A stretch of 64,000 nucleotides of DNA from an uncultured Pseudomonadota bacterium. Its GTDB lineage: Bacteria; Pseudomonadota; Alphaproteobacteria; RF32; CAG-239. The DNA lies in the NCBI GenBank assembly GCA_949292335.1, contig CASEYY010000031.1, positions 1,075 to 65,074 of the forward strand, given 5' to 3'. Below the pieces are notes generated by a model that worked only from the letters and a program-made list of their open reading frames with translations, was not told the origin of the DNA and did not search any database. How positions within the stretch are numbered: position 1 is the stretch's first letter; each line of letters begins with the position of its first letter. The position numbers and the translations under genes are program-made. This document shows positions 9,890-19,952 of this stretch, in pieces.

Positions 9890-10325
9890 TTTTATTCGAT
9901 TCTCGGACGCCAAAAAAGTCATCCTCGGATAAAAAAGTTACCCTCGGGCACCACAAAAAGTCATCCTCGGACTTGTTCCGAGGATCTTCCCTCTGTCGTC
10001 ATCCTCGGACTTGTTCCGAGGATCTCCCCTCTGTCGTCATCCTCGGACTTGTTCCGAGGATCTCCCCTCTGTCGTCATCCTCGGACTCCGACCCGAGGGT
10101 CTCTCTGCCATTACCATCCACAACACACTCCAGTCATCCTCGGATAAAAAAGTCACCCTCGGACGCCACAAAAAGTCATCCTCGGACTTGTTCCGAGGAT
10201 CTCTCTGTCATCACCATCAGCCACAACACACTCCCGTCATCCTCGGACTTGTTCCGAGGATCTTCCCCTCTCCTGTCACCCTCGGGCTCCGACCCGAGGG
10301 TCTCATAAGCTGTAGCACATTGTTT
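9890..10325. repeat. dense array of REP-like palindromic units including a perfect 38-bp x3 tandem (9960-10073)
   Basis: gtcatcctcggacttgttccgaggatct(t/c)ccctctgtc is repeated three times head-to-tail. A ~68-bp larger unit (gtcatcctcggataaaaaagtYaccctcggRcRccacaaaaagtcatcctcggacttgttccgaggatc) occurs twice. A ccctcgggctccgacccgaggg hairpin also occurs twice. Confidence 0.85.
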
Positions 10326-10329
10326 TTAT

Positions 10330-10556
10330 CAGATTCTCGGGACAGGCCCGAGAATGACGAAAAGAAAAAACAAGCCCGAGAATGACAAAAAAAGAAAAAA
10401 CAAGCCCGAGAATGACAAAAAAAGAAAAACAAGCCCGCAAAAGCGAGGAAAAAAATCCCGCATGAGAATGACAATAAAGAAACCCTAAAACCACAACTAA
10501 GAATACAAGTCCCAAGAATGACAATAAGAACAAATCCCAAGCACCTTCCTAAATAA
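10330..10556. repeat. short tandem repeats of the aagcccgagaatgacaaaaaaagaaaaaac type (about 5 copies, degenerating)
   Basis: gagaatgaca is the reverse complement of the tgtcattctc arm seen at 1076. Period ~29-30 bp. Confidence 0.75.
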
Positions 10557-10736
10557 TACACTATTTAATCATCCGGCTTGGGCGACTCTGCCGATAATTT
10601 TTACAAATTTGTCAAAATTATCACAAAACCGTAACAAAAAAAACCGCGATTTTCACGACACTTCCCCCATACAGTCCTTGATTTTATTACATTTTATCGT
10701 TTTTATAAAAAAATTGACAAAAATGACAAATACCCC

Positions 10737-10765
10737 TTGACCCACCCCTCAAAATATGGTATAAA
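10737..10765 (+). promoter_or_regulatory. sigma70-like promoter (TTGACC-17-TATAAA) for the small OMP gene
   Basis: ttgacc / cacccctcaaaatatgg / tataaa, read directly. Confidence 0.4.
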
Positions 10766-10870
10766 TAAATCATAAGAAAAAATTATTTATTTATTATTTA
10801 GAAAAAGGGACAAACAGGATGCCCCTTTCGCCCAAAGAAGATAATTTCCCACGGCGATAAAACCAAAAAT

Positions 10871-11416
10871 ATGAAAACAATGAAATTTGCAGCCGCTTTG
10901 ATTATGCTTACAATGTCTGCCACCTCTGTTTTTGCTGCTAACCGCAGCTCTGACCCAAATTTTAAGTGGGATCGGCAGAACGGAGAGGTCTTGGTAGCCG
11001 CCTCTGGCTACACTGACATGGGATTCAGTGGACTAGGTATAGGAGGCGAAGTTGCTTACCTCTTCCCTGGGAAACTCGGCGTTTTCGCCAGCTTCAAAAC
11101 GGCGGTATGCGACTACCAGCTGCCGTATAAAGAAATTGAGACCTGCCGCTGCAACAGTGGTCTCATCGGCATCATTGCCGACACAACACCGGATTTTCCG
11201 GTCGGCTTTTTCTTCAAAGCCGGAGTTGGGTTGGCCGACGGTCTCAAAACCCTCCCGTTGTTTAACCTCGGGTGTGGAGCTAGAGCCTCCTACGGGATGT
11301 TCTACACCCGTATCGGAGTCGACTACAATGTAGAGTCGACGTTCGGAAACAGCGACGGCTGGTGGAATTTAAGATTCGGCCTCACGGTCGGAATTAGCAT
11401 TCCAACCAGCCGATAG
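10871..11416 (+). CDS. small outer-membrane beta-barrel protein (OmpW/OmpA-like 8-strand barrel, inferred)
   Basis: Signal peptide MKTMKFAAALIMLTMSATSVFA. Alternating-hydrophobic Gly/aromatic-rich strands. Followed by a terminator at 11427-11462. Confidence 0.5.
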   Translation: MKTMKFAAALIMLTMSATSVFAANRSSDPNFKWDRQNGEVLVAASGYTDMGFSGLGIGGEVAYLFPGKLGVFASFKTAVCDYQLPYKEIETCRCNSGLIGIIADTTPDFPVGFFFKAGVGLADGLKTLPLFNLGCGARASYGMFYTRIGVDYNVESTFGNSDGWWNLRFGLTVGISIPTSR

Positions 11417-11426
11417 ATAAAACAAA

Positions 11427-11462
11427 AAATCCTTTGGTTTTCAAGACCAAGGGATTTTTTGT
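11427..11462 (+). terminator. rho-independent terminator
   Basis: aatcctttggttttcaagaccaagggatt + TTTTTT. Confidence 0.55.
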
Positions 11463-11526
11463 TGACTTTTGTCCAAAAGATGCTATTTCTGAAAACAGAT
11501 AACACTAATTTTTAATTTTCTATAAT

Positions 11527-12054
11527 ATGGACAAAGTAGCATTTATTGAGGAAGCCATGAAACAAATCGGGCTTTCCCGTGCTGAGCTTTTAGCTCACTG
11601 GAAAAAACAAAACAAAAAGCAAGCTGCCAAAGAAGACAGTACAGCCATGTTCTATCCCTACGAGGTGCTGTTTACCGATGGCTCCCGTTCTTGGGAACCT
11701 CAGGAGTACAAAGTTCCTTGGGGCGTAATTGTCGGCAATTCCGCCTTCATCCTCTATGGAACCGATCAGGCCTTGCCTTTTGCCGAAGCCGAACGCTACT
11801 GCAAAAATCTTTTTGCCGACGGCACCAAATGTCAATGTGCCAACCAAGAACTCTGGCAAAGATTAGCCACCTGCTCCGACGAAGAGCTGGCCAATCTCAA
11901 TGAGTTCCTCGTCTCGCTAGGCGGTCGTCCGCTCAATCAAGCCATCTGGGCTGACGATGGTTTCTATGTTGACTTTAGCGAAGTCCGCCAACGCGGGCTT
12001 TATAAAACTGTCAACACCAAACCACGACAGTTTAGAGCCAGCATCAAACTCTAA
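11527..12054 (+). CDS. hypothetical protein (possibly DUF1566/Lcl-C-terminal-like fold; weak)
   Basis: 175-aa ORF. The C-terminal half (W...AE.YC..L...G...W.L....EL..L......GG) is reminiscent of DUF1566. This is pattern memory only. Confidence 0.4.
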   Translation: MDKVAFIEEAMKQIGLSRAELLAHWKKQNKKQAAKEDSTAMFYPYEVLFTDGSRSWEPQEYKVPWGVIVGNSAFILYGTDQALPFAEAERYCKNLFADGTKCQCANQELWQRLATCSDEELANLNEFLVSLGGRPLNQAIWADDGFYVDFSEVRQRGLYKTVNTKPRQFRASIKL

Positions 12055-12059
12055 GCAAA

Positions 12060-12098
12060 AAAATCCGCTTTGTCCTCCCGACAACGCGGATTTTTTTA
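12060..12098 (+). terminator. rho-independent terminator
   Basis: aatccgc...gcggatt stem followed by a T7 run. Confidence 0.55.
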
Positions 12099-12118
12099 CA
12101 TCCCGCTCTTTTTTACTA

Positions 12119-12310
12119 TTGACAAAATCAACAAAAACACCTATCATCACCCCAACTTAACCGCAAATAACGAGGTTTTTTATGTCGGTAATTATATGCA
12201 AACAACTCAAGTCTAAACGCGTGAACCACCGTTCCCGTGCCTTGTGGCTGTTTGTATAGCAAAAATTGTGCAATCAAAAACGGGAACTTTAACAAGCTCC
12301 CGTTTTTTTA
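12119..12310 (+). promoter_or_regulatory. promoter + leader peptide + alternative antiterminator/terminator hairpins (attenuator-like) upstream of the GNAT-deacylase operon
   Basis: TTGACA(12119-24)-17-TATCAT(12142-47). SD gagg 12172-75. 25-codon ORF 12182-12259. gttcccg (12231-37, inside the ORF) is complementary to cgggaac (12281-87). The same cgggaac segment also forms the aacggga/tcccgtt terminator stem (12279-12304) followed by T7. Confidence 0.45.
12182..12259 (+). CDS. putative leader peptide MSVIICKQLKSKRVNHRSRALWLFV (25 aa)
   Basis: Good SD (GAGG, 6 nt spacing). Sits between the promoter and the terminator hairpin. Confidence 0.25.
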   Translation: MSVIICKQLKSKRVNHRSRALWLFV

Positions 12311-12331
12311 TGCTTAAACGAAAGAAAAATA

Positions 12332-13168
12332 ATGCAAAATCTTCAAAGATACATCTTAAACAATCAATCTCTCTGGCGAGGCCGCCTGCAAAAAATCAAC
12401 AACCAAGAAGTTGTCGGCAACAATCACTTCATCATTCGCCGCCTCAACTCCGGCGATGTTGCCGCCATGAGTGAGCTTTCCGCTCAAATTTACCAACATT
12501 TAGGCGTCGGCGAAGAATGCTTCATTCACAAACACGACCAAGCCTACTACCAAAACATAATCAACACCCCCGATTATGAATACATCGGCGTGTTTCATGG
12601 CAAAAACCTAATTGCCATGTCATACCTTCATATTTGTCGCAATCATTCCGACTTTTGCGACGAAATCCCCGGTTGCCCTCGCAATTTTTTCAACACCCCA
12701 AACGATAAACTTGCCGCTTTCGGCGGGGACAGTGTTTTGCCGGCCTATCGTGGTAATTCACTCAATCAAATCATGATATCTTATCGCATGGAAAGAGCCG
12801 CCGCCCAAAATTGCCAAGGCGTTGCCTCAATTATTGACCGTCACAATCACTGGAATATGCCGCCTTATTTTAATAATGGCTTTTCCATGATCGGCACCGC
12901 AACAGACCCTTCCGATAACGGCAAAATCGCCATCATGCACCACAATCTTTGCCGAGAAGAGAAACAAACCAGTCATGGTATTGCCGTTCCGTTTAATCGC
13001 CTCAATGTTATTGATAACCTTTTGGCCAAAGGCTATATCGGCGGTGCTTACAATCCTCAAACTGCCAGCATTTCTTTTGTTTTGCCCTCACCGCAACGCA
13101 ATCAAAATCGCCAACCGCTCAATTTCAGTATTATCACCAATCACATTATGAGTAGCCGCCATGTTTAA
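12332..13168 (+). CDS. GNAT-family N-acyltransferase (putative)
   Basis: VLPAYRGNSLNQIMISYRMERAAAQN fits GNAT motif A (V.P..RG.G....L). Overlaps the next gene by 8 nt. Confidence 0.5.
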   Translation: MQNLQRYILNNQSLWRGRLQKINNQEVVGNNHFIIRRLNSGDVAAMSELSAQIYQHLGVGEECFIHKHDQAYYQNIINTPDYEYIGVFHGKNLIAMSYLHICRNHSDFCDEIPGCPRNFFNTPNDKLAAFGGDSVLPAYRGNSLNQIMISYRMERAAAQNCQGVASIIDRHNHWNMPPYFNNGFSMIGTATDPSDNGKIAIMHHNLCREEKQTSHGIAVPFNRLNVIDNLLAKGYIGGAYNPQTASISFVLPSPQRNQNRQPLNFSIITNHIMSSRHV

Positions 13169-14003
13169 GAGTTATCAATTTTCTTCAGCTCAAAAAGGAA
13201 CCAATATTTTAATTCTCGGTGCCGTACACGGCAACGAAACTGCCGGCCGTGATGCTCAACTTGCCATTATCAAAGATTTGCAAGAACAACGGCTCTCAAT
13301 TATCAAAGGCTCGGTAACCTTTATCCCCGTTGTCAACGAAGCGGCCAATAAATTAGACCGCCGCTTTGTCGACATCAATCTAAACCGTGTTGTTTGCTTT
13401 CATGACAATCCGCAGAATAACGAAGAAAAAATTGCCAATGAGCTTATCTCATACATCGATTCTTGCGATGTTATGCTCGACTTACATTCCACTCACTGCC
13501 CCGACGATGTCGAATTTGCCTTTATTGACCACCCCTCGGAGCAAAACAAGGAGCTATTATCATTAATGCCGGTCAAAACCGCTCTCGCCGGTTGGCCGCA
13601 AATCTATGCCGACAATCCGCAAATCAGCAATTTCTGCACCGAAGAATATGCCTTTACTCACAACAAAACCGGCATAACTTTGGAATGCGGCTATCACAAA
13701 TCATCTCATGCCGTAGAGATTGCCAAAAAAGCCATTTTAAATGTGCTTGCCCATTACGGCTGTATTGCAATCAACACCCCGACTTGCCAACTTCCGCAAA
13801 TAATCAGCCTAAAAAATTATATCACCAAAACCAACTCCGGCCGCCTAAGCCGCAATTTCAAACATCTTGACCATGTCAAATCAGGTGAGGTTTTGGCAAT
13901 CTACGATAACGGCCAAACCATCACCGCAAATTTTGACGGTTACATGATTATGCCCAACCCCGACGCCAAAATCGGCGACGAATGGTTTTACCTCGGGCAA
14001 TAA
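13161..14003 (+). CDS. succinylglutamate desuccinylase/aspartoacylase (AstE/AspA) family zinc deacylase
   Basis: ILILGAVHGNETAG near the N-terminus is the family's Zn-binding GxHGNE motif. Size ~280 aa as expected. Confidence 0.65.
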   Translation: MFKSYQFSSAQKGTNILILGAVHGNETAGRDAQLAIIKDLQEQRLSIIKGSVTFIPVVNEAANKLDRRFVDINLNRVVCFHDNPQNNEEKIANELISYIDSCDVMLDLHSTHCPDDVEFAFIDHPSEQNKELLSLMPVKTALAGWPQIYADNPQISNFCTEEYAFTHNKTGITLECGYHKSSHAVEIAKKAILNVLAHYGCIAINTPTCQLPQIISLKNYITKTNSGRLSRNFKHLDHVKSGEVLAIYDNGQTITANFDGYMIMPNPDAKIGDEWFYLGQ

Positions 14004-14081
14004 AAAAAGCTCCGCAATATAATCTGTCCAACTTTCGGGGTACAGATTAAAGCGGAGCCCTTTTTATAAGCACTACGGCTA

Positions 14082-15743
<1,662 letters not shown>

Positions 15744-15755
15744 CTAAATAAAAAA

Positions 15756-16055
15756 TTATTCTTCAATGACGCCCAAGATTTCTGATTCTTTAATAATCAG
15801 TCTTTCTTCGCCGTTTACTTTAACTTCCGTACCCGACCACTTGCCGAACAATACCTTATCGCCGACCTTAACATTAAGCGGCACGATTTTACCGTCTTCT
15901 GTTCTCATTCCGTCACCTATAGCCTCGACCAATCCCTCGGAAGGTTTTTCTTTGGCGGTATCCGGAATAATAATTCCGCCGGCGGTTTTAGTATTTTCTT
16001 CAAGTCTTTTAACTAAGACACGATCATGTAAAGGTCTGATTTTCATTTTTAACAC
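15756..16055 (-). CDS. groS: co-chaperonin GroES (Hsp10)
   Basis: [14 protein letters not shown]...[18 protein letters not shown]. Sits 24 nt upstream of groEL. Confidence 0.95.
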   Translation of the reverse strand: MLKMKIRPLHDRVLVKRLEENTKTAGGIIIPDTAKEKPSEGLVEAIGDGMRTEDGKIVPLNVKVGDKVLFGKWSGTEVKVNGEERLIIKESEILGVIEE

Positions 16056-16117
16056 TCCTAAAATTTATTTCTAATCCCTTAGTTAGTTATCGCAAAAGCC
16101 CTTGTCAAGAGATGAGC

Positions 16118-16151
16118 AAAAAAAATTTGCCCTAAAATTATTCAAGGGCAA
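16118..16151 (-). terminator. rho-independent terminator for the ion-channel gene (minus strand)
   Basis: ttgccct...agggcaa stem, with a T8 run on the minus strand. Confidence 0.5.
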
Positions 16152-16172
16152 ATTTTATTAAGGCCATGACTA

Positions 16173-16910
16173 TTACTTTTCTTTTATCACTCCGACGACC
16201 TGAACCACCGCCGAAACCACAAAGCTTACGATTAAAAGGAAAGACACCAACACCACTGTTGCAAAAAATACCCACGCGTCTGGATAAACCAACATTATCG
16301 GTCTGGCGATGGTAGATGCCCACCCGTCCAAAGTAAATATCTGCAGCAAAGTAAATATTGCCGAGCCTAAATTTTCAAATACCGTAAAGCTATCCCCAAA
16401 CAAGCTGACGGCAATAATGCCAAAAGCATAAAAGAAGACGATAAATACTACTAAAAACGAAACAAAATCCGGCAATACCTTAAAAAACACCTGCACCAAA
16501 TTATTAAGGCGGCTAAAGTGATTAATATATTTAAACAGCCTAAACAAACGCAAAGTCCGCAAGATAATGAATGCACTCATAAACGGCAGCGATGAAATTA
16601 ACACGATTGTCAAATCAAAAATATTCCATCCCGATTTGAAAAACTTTGACTTTAGGGCAACAATTTTAAGGAACATCTCAGCTAAGAATATTCCCATAAA
16701 CACCCTATCCAAAAGGAACAAGCCGTTATCAAAATAAAATTCCATGGTCGGAGAGGTCATCAACCCCAAGACGATGGCATCGGCTAAGATGACGCCCATA
16801 ATGAACATATCAAAGCTAAATCCCGACACCAACTTTGCCAAGCGGCGTTGATCATCGTTATAATAAAGCTTACCCAAAGCCTTTTTCAGCGAAGTTTTTC
16901 TGTTTACCAT
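16173..16910 (-). CDS. voltage-gated ion channel, single 6-TM domain (BacNaV/NaChBac-like)
   Basis: S4 segment LRTLRLFRLFKY with Arg at every third position. Pore loop FTLDGWAS. Cf. TLESWS/AS in BacNaV filters. Confidence 0.65.
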   Translation of the reverse strand: MVNRKTSLKKALGKLYYNDDQRRLAKLVSGFSFDMFIMGVILADAIVLGLMTSPTMEFYFDNGLFLLDRVFMGIFLAEMFLKIVALKSKFFKSGWNIFDLTIVLISSLPFMSAFIILRTLRLFRLFKYINHFSRLNNLVQVFFKVLPDFVSFLVVFIVFFYAFGIIAVSLFGDSFTVFENLGSAIFTLLQIFTLDGWASTIARPIMLVYPDAWVFFATVVLVSFLLIVSFVVSAVVQVVGVIKEK

Positions 16911-16948
16911 ATCAATTCTCCGTCAAGTTCATTTGCCTACATTCTATA

Positions 16949-17656
16949 TTAAAAAAGGCAAAACGCAACAATAATTCCCGCTATTGCAATCATCGGTCCG
17001 AAAGCCAGAGCTTTTTTTCTAAACACGGCGGCATAAACGATGCCCAAAACCGAGGCTGCGACAATAACATAAAGCAGTCCTTTAACCCCGACCCAAGCAC
17101 CTACTGCGGACAATAATTTTATGTCACCGCCGCCAAAAGCATCTTTTTTGTGCCATACAATCAGCAAACTCACCAAAGTTGGCAAGAAATAACCTATTGT
17201 TGCGGCGACGGCACTTTCTTCCACTGCGACAAAACCCATATCCATACTTGCCGCCAAAAAGCCCAAAATAAGCAGAGGAACGGTCAGAATATCCGGCAGC
17301 AAGAATGTCCGATAATCAATTTCTGCCAACAGCAACAACAGCCAAATATACAAAGCCGTAAAAGCAAAACCATATCTTCCGAAGTAGTGATAAGATATTG
17401 CGGTAACGGCCGCGGTTATCCACGCCGATACAAAACATCTCCCTCGCAATAACTTATATTGACTGAGTTTGCGATAAGCCTTAAGTTTTTTCTCCGGCCG
17501 AAACATTTCAACCAACGCTCCGGCAAAAGTAGCCGGCATAAACTTCGCAAATCTCCTCGCCATATAAGGAACAAAATACCCCCACAGGCAAGCCGCCGCA
17601 ATCCACCACATTTCGATTCTCCGTTGCCCTACTCTTGTTTTTAGTATAAAGGGCAA
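16949..17656 (-). CDS. prepilin peptidase (A24 family; PilD/TadV-like)
   Basis: Polytopic membrane protein with the FGGGDIKLL motif (the second catalytic Asp box of A24 peptidases). Confidence 0.7.
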   Translation of the reverse strand: MPFILKTRVGQRRIEMWWIAAACLWGYFVPYMARRFAKFMPATFAGALVEMFRPEKKLKAYRKLSQYKLLRGRCFVSAWITAAVTAISYHYFGRYGFAFTALYIWLLLLLAEIDYRTFLLPDILTVPLLILGFLAASMDMGFVAVEESAVAATIGYFLPTLVSLLIVWHKKDAFGGGDIKLLSAVGAWVGVKGLLYVIVAASVLGIVYAAVFRKKALAFGPMIAIAGIIVAFCLF

Positions 17657-17662
17657 TGTTTA

Positions 17663-19504
17663 TTAAGCAATATCTTTTAGAATATATTGGCTTATTTTTT
17701 CGGCATAAAACGCAGGATCGGAAACCGCCTCACCCTCTGCGACCTTGGCCTGATCAAGCAATATTTTGGTAATCTCGGCGATTTTGTCTTCGTTTGCCTT
17801 GTCATCAATCATTTCCGATAATCTGATAATCAAAGGATGATACGGGTTAATCTCCAAAATTCTGGTTGACGCAAAAGCGGTTTGCTGTTGGTGATTTCTC
17901 ATCAACCTTTCAAGATGTAGGCTCATCTGTCCGTTTTCAACCGTAAGCGAAACCGGAGAAGTGGTAAGTTTTTCGGTTGCCGTAACTTTACCGACTTCAC
18001 TTTTGAGCAGTTCGGCCATTTTTTCACACAACTTGGCAAGGCTTCCTTCATCGGCCTTTTTCTCATCGCGTTTCCAGCTCATATCGGCATCGGCCTGTGC
18101 TACATGTTTAATTGCATAACCTTTGTAGTTAGGCAAAACTTGCGGCCAAAATTCATCAATCGGCTCATTCATCAGCAACACTTCAATGCCTTTTTGCTTA
18201 AAAGCATCAAGCTGCGGATTGTTGCGCAAAATATTGATATCATCGCCGGTTATGTAATAAATGGTTTTTTGGTCTTTGTTACAACGCGAAATATACTCAT
18301 CCAAAGAGGTCAGCCTAACTTTGTCATTGGTTGAGTGGAAATAAGATATTTCGGCAATTTCTTCGCGGTTCTTAAAGTCTTCATAGATTCCTTCTTTTAA
18401 AACGATACCGAAATTCTGCCAAAACTTCATATAGTCATCATAATTTTTGGCTCTTTTCTTAAGTTCTTTAAGCAGGCGGCTAACCGTACCGGCCTTAATT
18501 TTTTCCATTAGCGGAGAAAACTGCAACATCTCCCGTGAGATATTTAAAGGCAGATCGGCACTATCGATAATTCCTTTAACAAAACGTAGATAATTAGGTA
18601 TCAAATCCTCAATTTTATCTGAGATATATACTTTATTAATATAAAGCTTCAAAGAATTTTTCTTATCGGGCTGAAACAAATCATACGGGGCTTTTTCCGG
18701 AATAAACAGCAAACCGGTATATTCGATATTACCCTCGACCTTAAAATGCAAGGTCATCCACGGATCATCAAAATTATGCGAAACATGGCGGTAGAACTCA
18801 TTATACTGTTCTTCGGTAATTTCACCTTTGTTTCTGGTCCACAAAGCCGAACCGGAATTAACATTTTCCTCACCGGCCTTTCCCAAATCCAATACTATCG
18901 GATAGGCAATATGATCGGAATAAGTCCTGATAATATGCCGCAAATATATGGTATCGACATAATTTTTCTCGTCTTTTTTCAAAAACAATTTGATATCGGT
19001 ACCGTTTTTATCTTTTTTAGCCTCGGTAATTTCAAAACCGTCCACGCCGTTTGAAACCCATGTCCAAGCCTTGTCTTCACCGGCTTTTTTAGTGGTTATT
19101 TCCACTTTTTCCGCCACCATAAATGCCGAATAGAAACCCACGCCGAACTGCCCGATAAGCTCGCAGGCCGAACCGTTATCGGCCACATTTTTTACAAAAT
19201 CTGCTGTTCCCGATTTAGCAATGGTTCCTAAGTGTTTAATCAAATCATCTTTATTCATGCCGATGCCGTTATCGGATATTGTTAAGGTGTTTTCTTTTTC
19301 ATCGGGTTTAATGATTATTTTAAACGCACCGGATTCTTTGGCAATATCCGGCGAGGTTAACGCCAAATACTTTAGCTTATCGCAAGCGTCCGAAGCATTG
19401 GAAATGAGTTCGCGTAAAAAAATTTGTTTTTCCGAATACAAAGAGTTGATAACAATATCAAGCATCTTATTAACATCGGCCTGAAAAGCCATCTTATCAG
19501 CCAT
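17663..19504 (-). CDS. htpG: molecular chaperone HtpG (Hsp90)
   Basis: FQADVNKMLDIVINSLYSEKQIFLRELISNASDACDKLKY is the N-terminal ATPase signature. Confidence 0.95.
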   Translation of the reverse strand: MADKMAFQADVNKMLDIVINSLYSEKQIFLRELISNASDACDKLKYLALTSPDIAKESGAFKIIIKPDEKENTLTISDNGIGMNKDDLIKHLGTIAKSGTADFVKNVADNGSACELIGQFGVGFYSAFMVAEKVEITTKKAGEDKAWTWVSNGVDGFEITEAKKDKNGTDIKLFLKKDEKNYVDTIYLRHIIRTYSDHIAYPIVLDLGKAGEENVNSGSALWTRNKGEITEEQYNEFYRHVSHNFDDPWMTLHFKVEGNIEYTGLLFIPEKAPYDLFQPDKKNSLKLYINKVYISDKIEDLIPNYLRFVKGIIDSADLPLNISREMLQFSPLMEKIKAGTVSRLLKELKKRAKNYDDYMKFWQNFGIVLKEGIYEDFKNREEIAEISYFHSTNDKVRLTSLDEYISRCNKDQKTIYYITGDDINILRNNPQLDAFKQKGIEVLLMNEPIDEFWPQVLPNYKGYAIKHVAQADADMSWKRDEKKADEGSLAKLCEKMAELLKSEVGKVTATEKLTTSPVSLTVENGQMSLHLERLMRNHQQQTAFASTRILEINPYHPLIIRLSEMIDDKANEDKIAEITKILLDQAKVAEGEAVSDPAFYAEKISQYILKDIA

Positions 19505-19642
19505 AATTCTCTCCTTTTAACAAAAAGCACTTACCCAAATAGTTAGTATTTTTTTTTGCTTATTGCAAGATTATGCTTGATTTATTTTCGAAAATATATA
19601 AATTATGATTGATTTTTTAATAATTGTTTGGAGTAAAATCTA

Positions 19643-19882
19643 ATGGTATCTGTAGTAAATGATTCTTGCGTAAAATGCAAATCTTGTGCTGATGTATGTC
19701 CGGTTGACGCTTTTCATGAAGCCGAAAATATGTTGGTAATTGATCCCGACACCTGCATTGATTGCGGCGTATGCATTTCCGAATGCCCTCAAGAAGCCAT
19801 CACTTCCGAAGACGAAGCCGATGAAAAGTGGATTAAATACGCTCAGGAAAACGCTAAGAATTTACCGAATGCAAACGAGTAA
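19643..19882 (+). CDS. 4Fe-4S ferredoxin (FdxA-like)
   Basis: CVKCKSCADVCPV ... CIDCGVCISECP cluster motifs. Confidence 0.85.
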   Translation: MVSVVNDSCVKCKSCADVCPVDAFHEAENMLVIDPDTCIDCGVCISECPQEAITSEDEADEKWIKYAQENAKNLPNANE

Positions 19883-19903
19883 TTTTTAACTTGACTAGTG
19901 AGT

Positions 19904-19938
19904 AAACTCCTCTTTTTATTACTAAAAGAGGAGTTTTT
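19904..19938 (+). terminator. rho-independent terminator after the ferredoxin gene
   Basis: aaactcctcttt...aaagaggagttt stem + TT. Confidence 0.55.
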
Positions 19939-19952
19939 AGATTGGAAAAGAA

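Noticed and set aside
9960-10073. CRISPR-like look: 38-bp direct repeats with an internal palindrome
   Set aside because: The three copies are directly adjacent with no unique spacers between them. The same palindromic unit occurs in other arrangements nearby and at 1076-1260. It is a REP-like tandem repeat, not a CRISPR array.
9887-10561. ORFs predicted on both strands across the repeat island (9887-10147, 9973-10308, 10011-10385 on plus; 10217-10561 and 10303-10533 on minus)
   Set aside because: They are composed of repeat units whose period (38 bp) is not a multiple of three, overlap one another in different frames, and translate to low-complexity Ser/Pro/Arg or Phe/Cys strings. Almost certainly non-coding.
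12244-12474. 76-aa ORF overlapping the attenuator region and the start of the GNAT gene
   Set aside because: It runs through the terminator hairpin and into the GNAT gene in another frame, and has no RBS. Spurious.
16056-16120. Expected CIRCE (TTAGCACTC-N9-GAGTGCTAA) or clear sigma32 promoter upstream of groES
   Set aside because: No CIRCE inverted repeat is present. Only a weak TTGACA-like -35 (16103-16108, minus strand) without a convincing -10 can be read. The heat-shock promoter is not callable from sequence alone.
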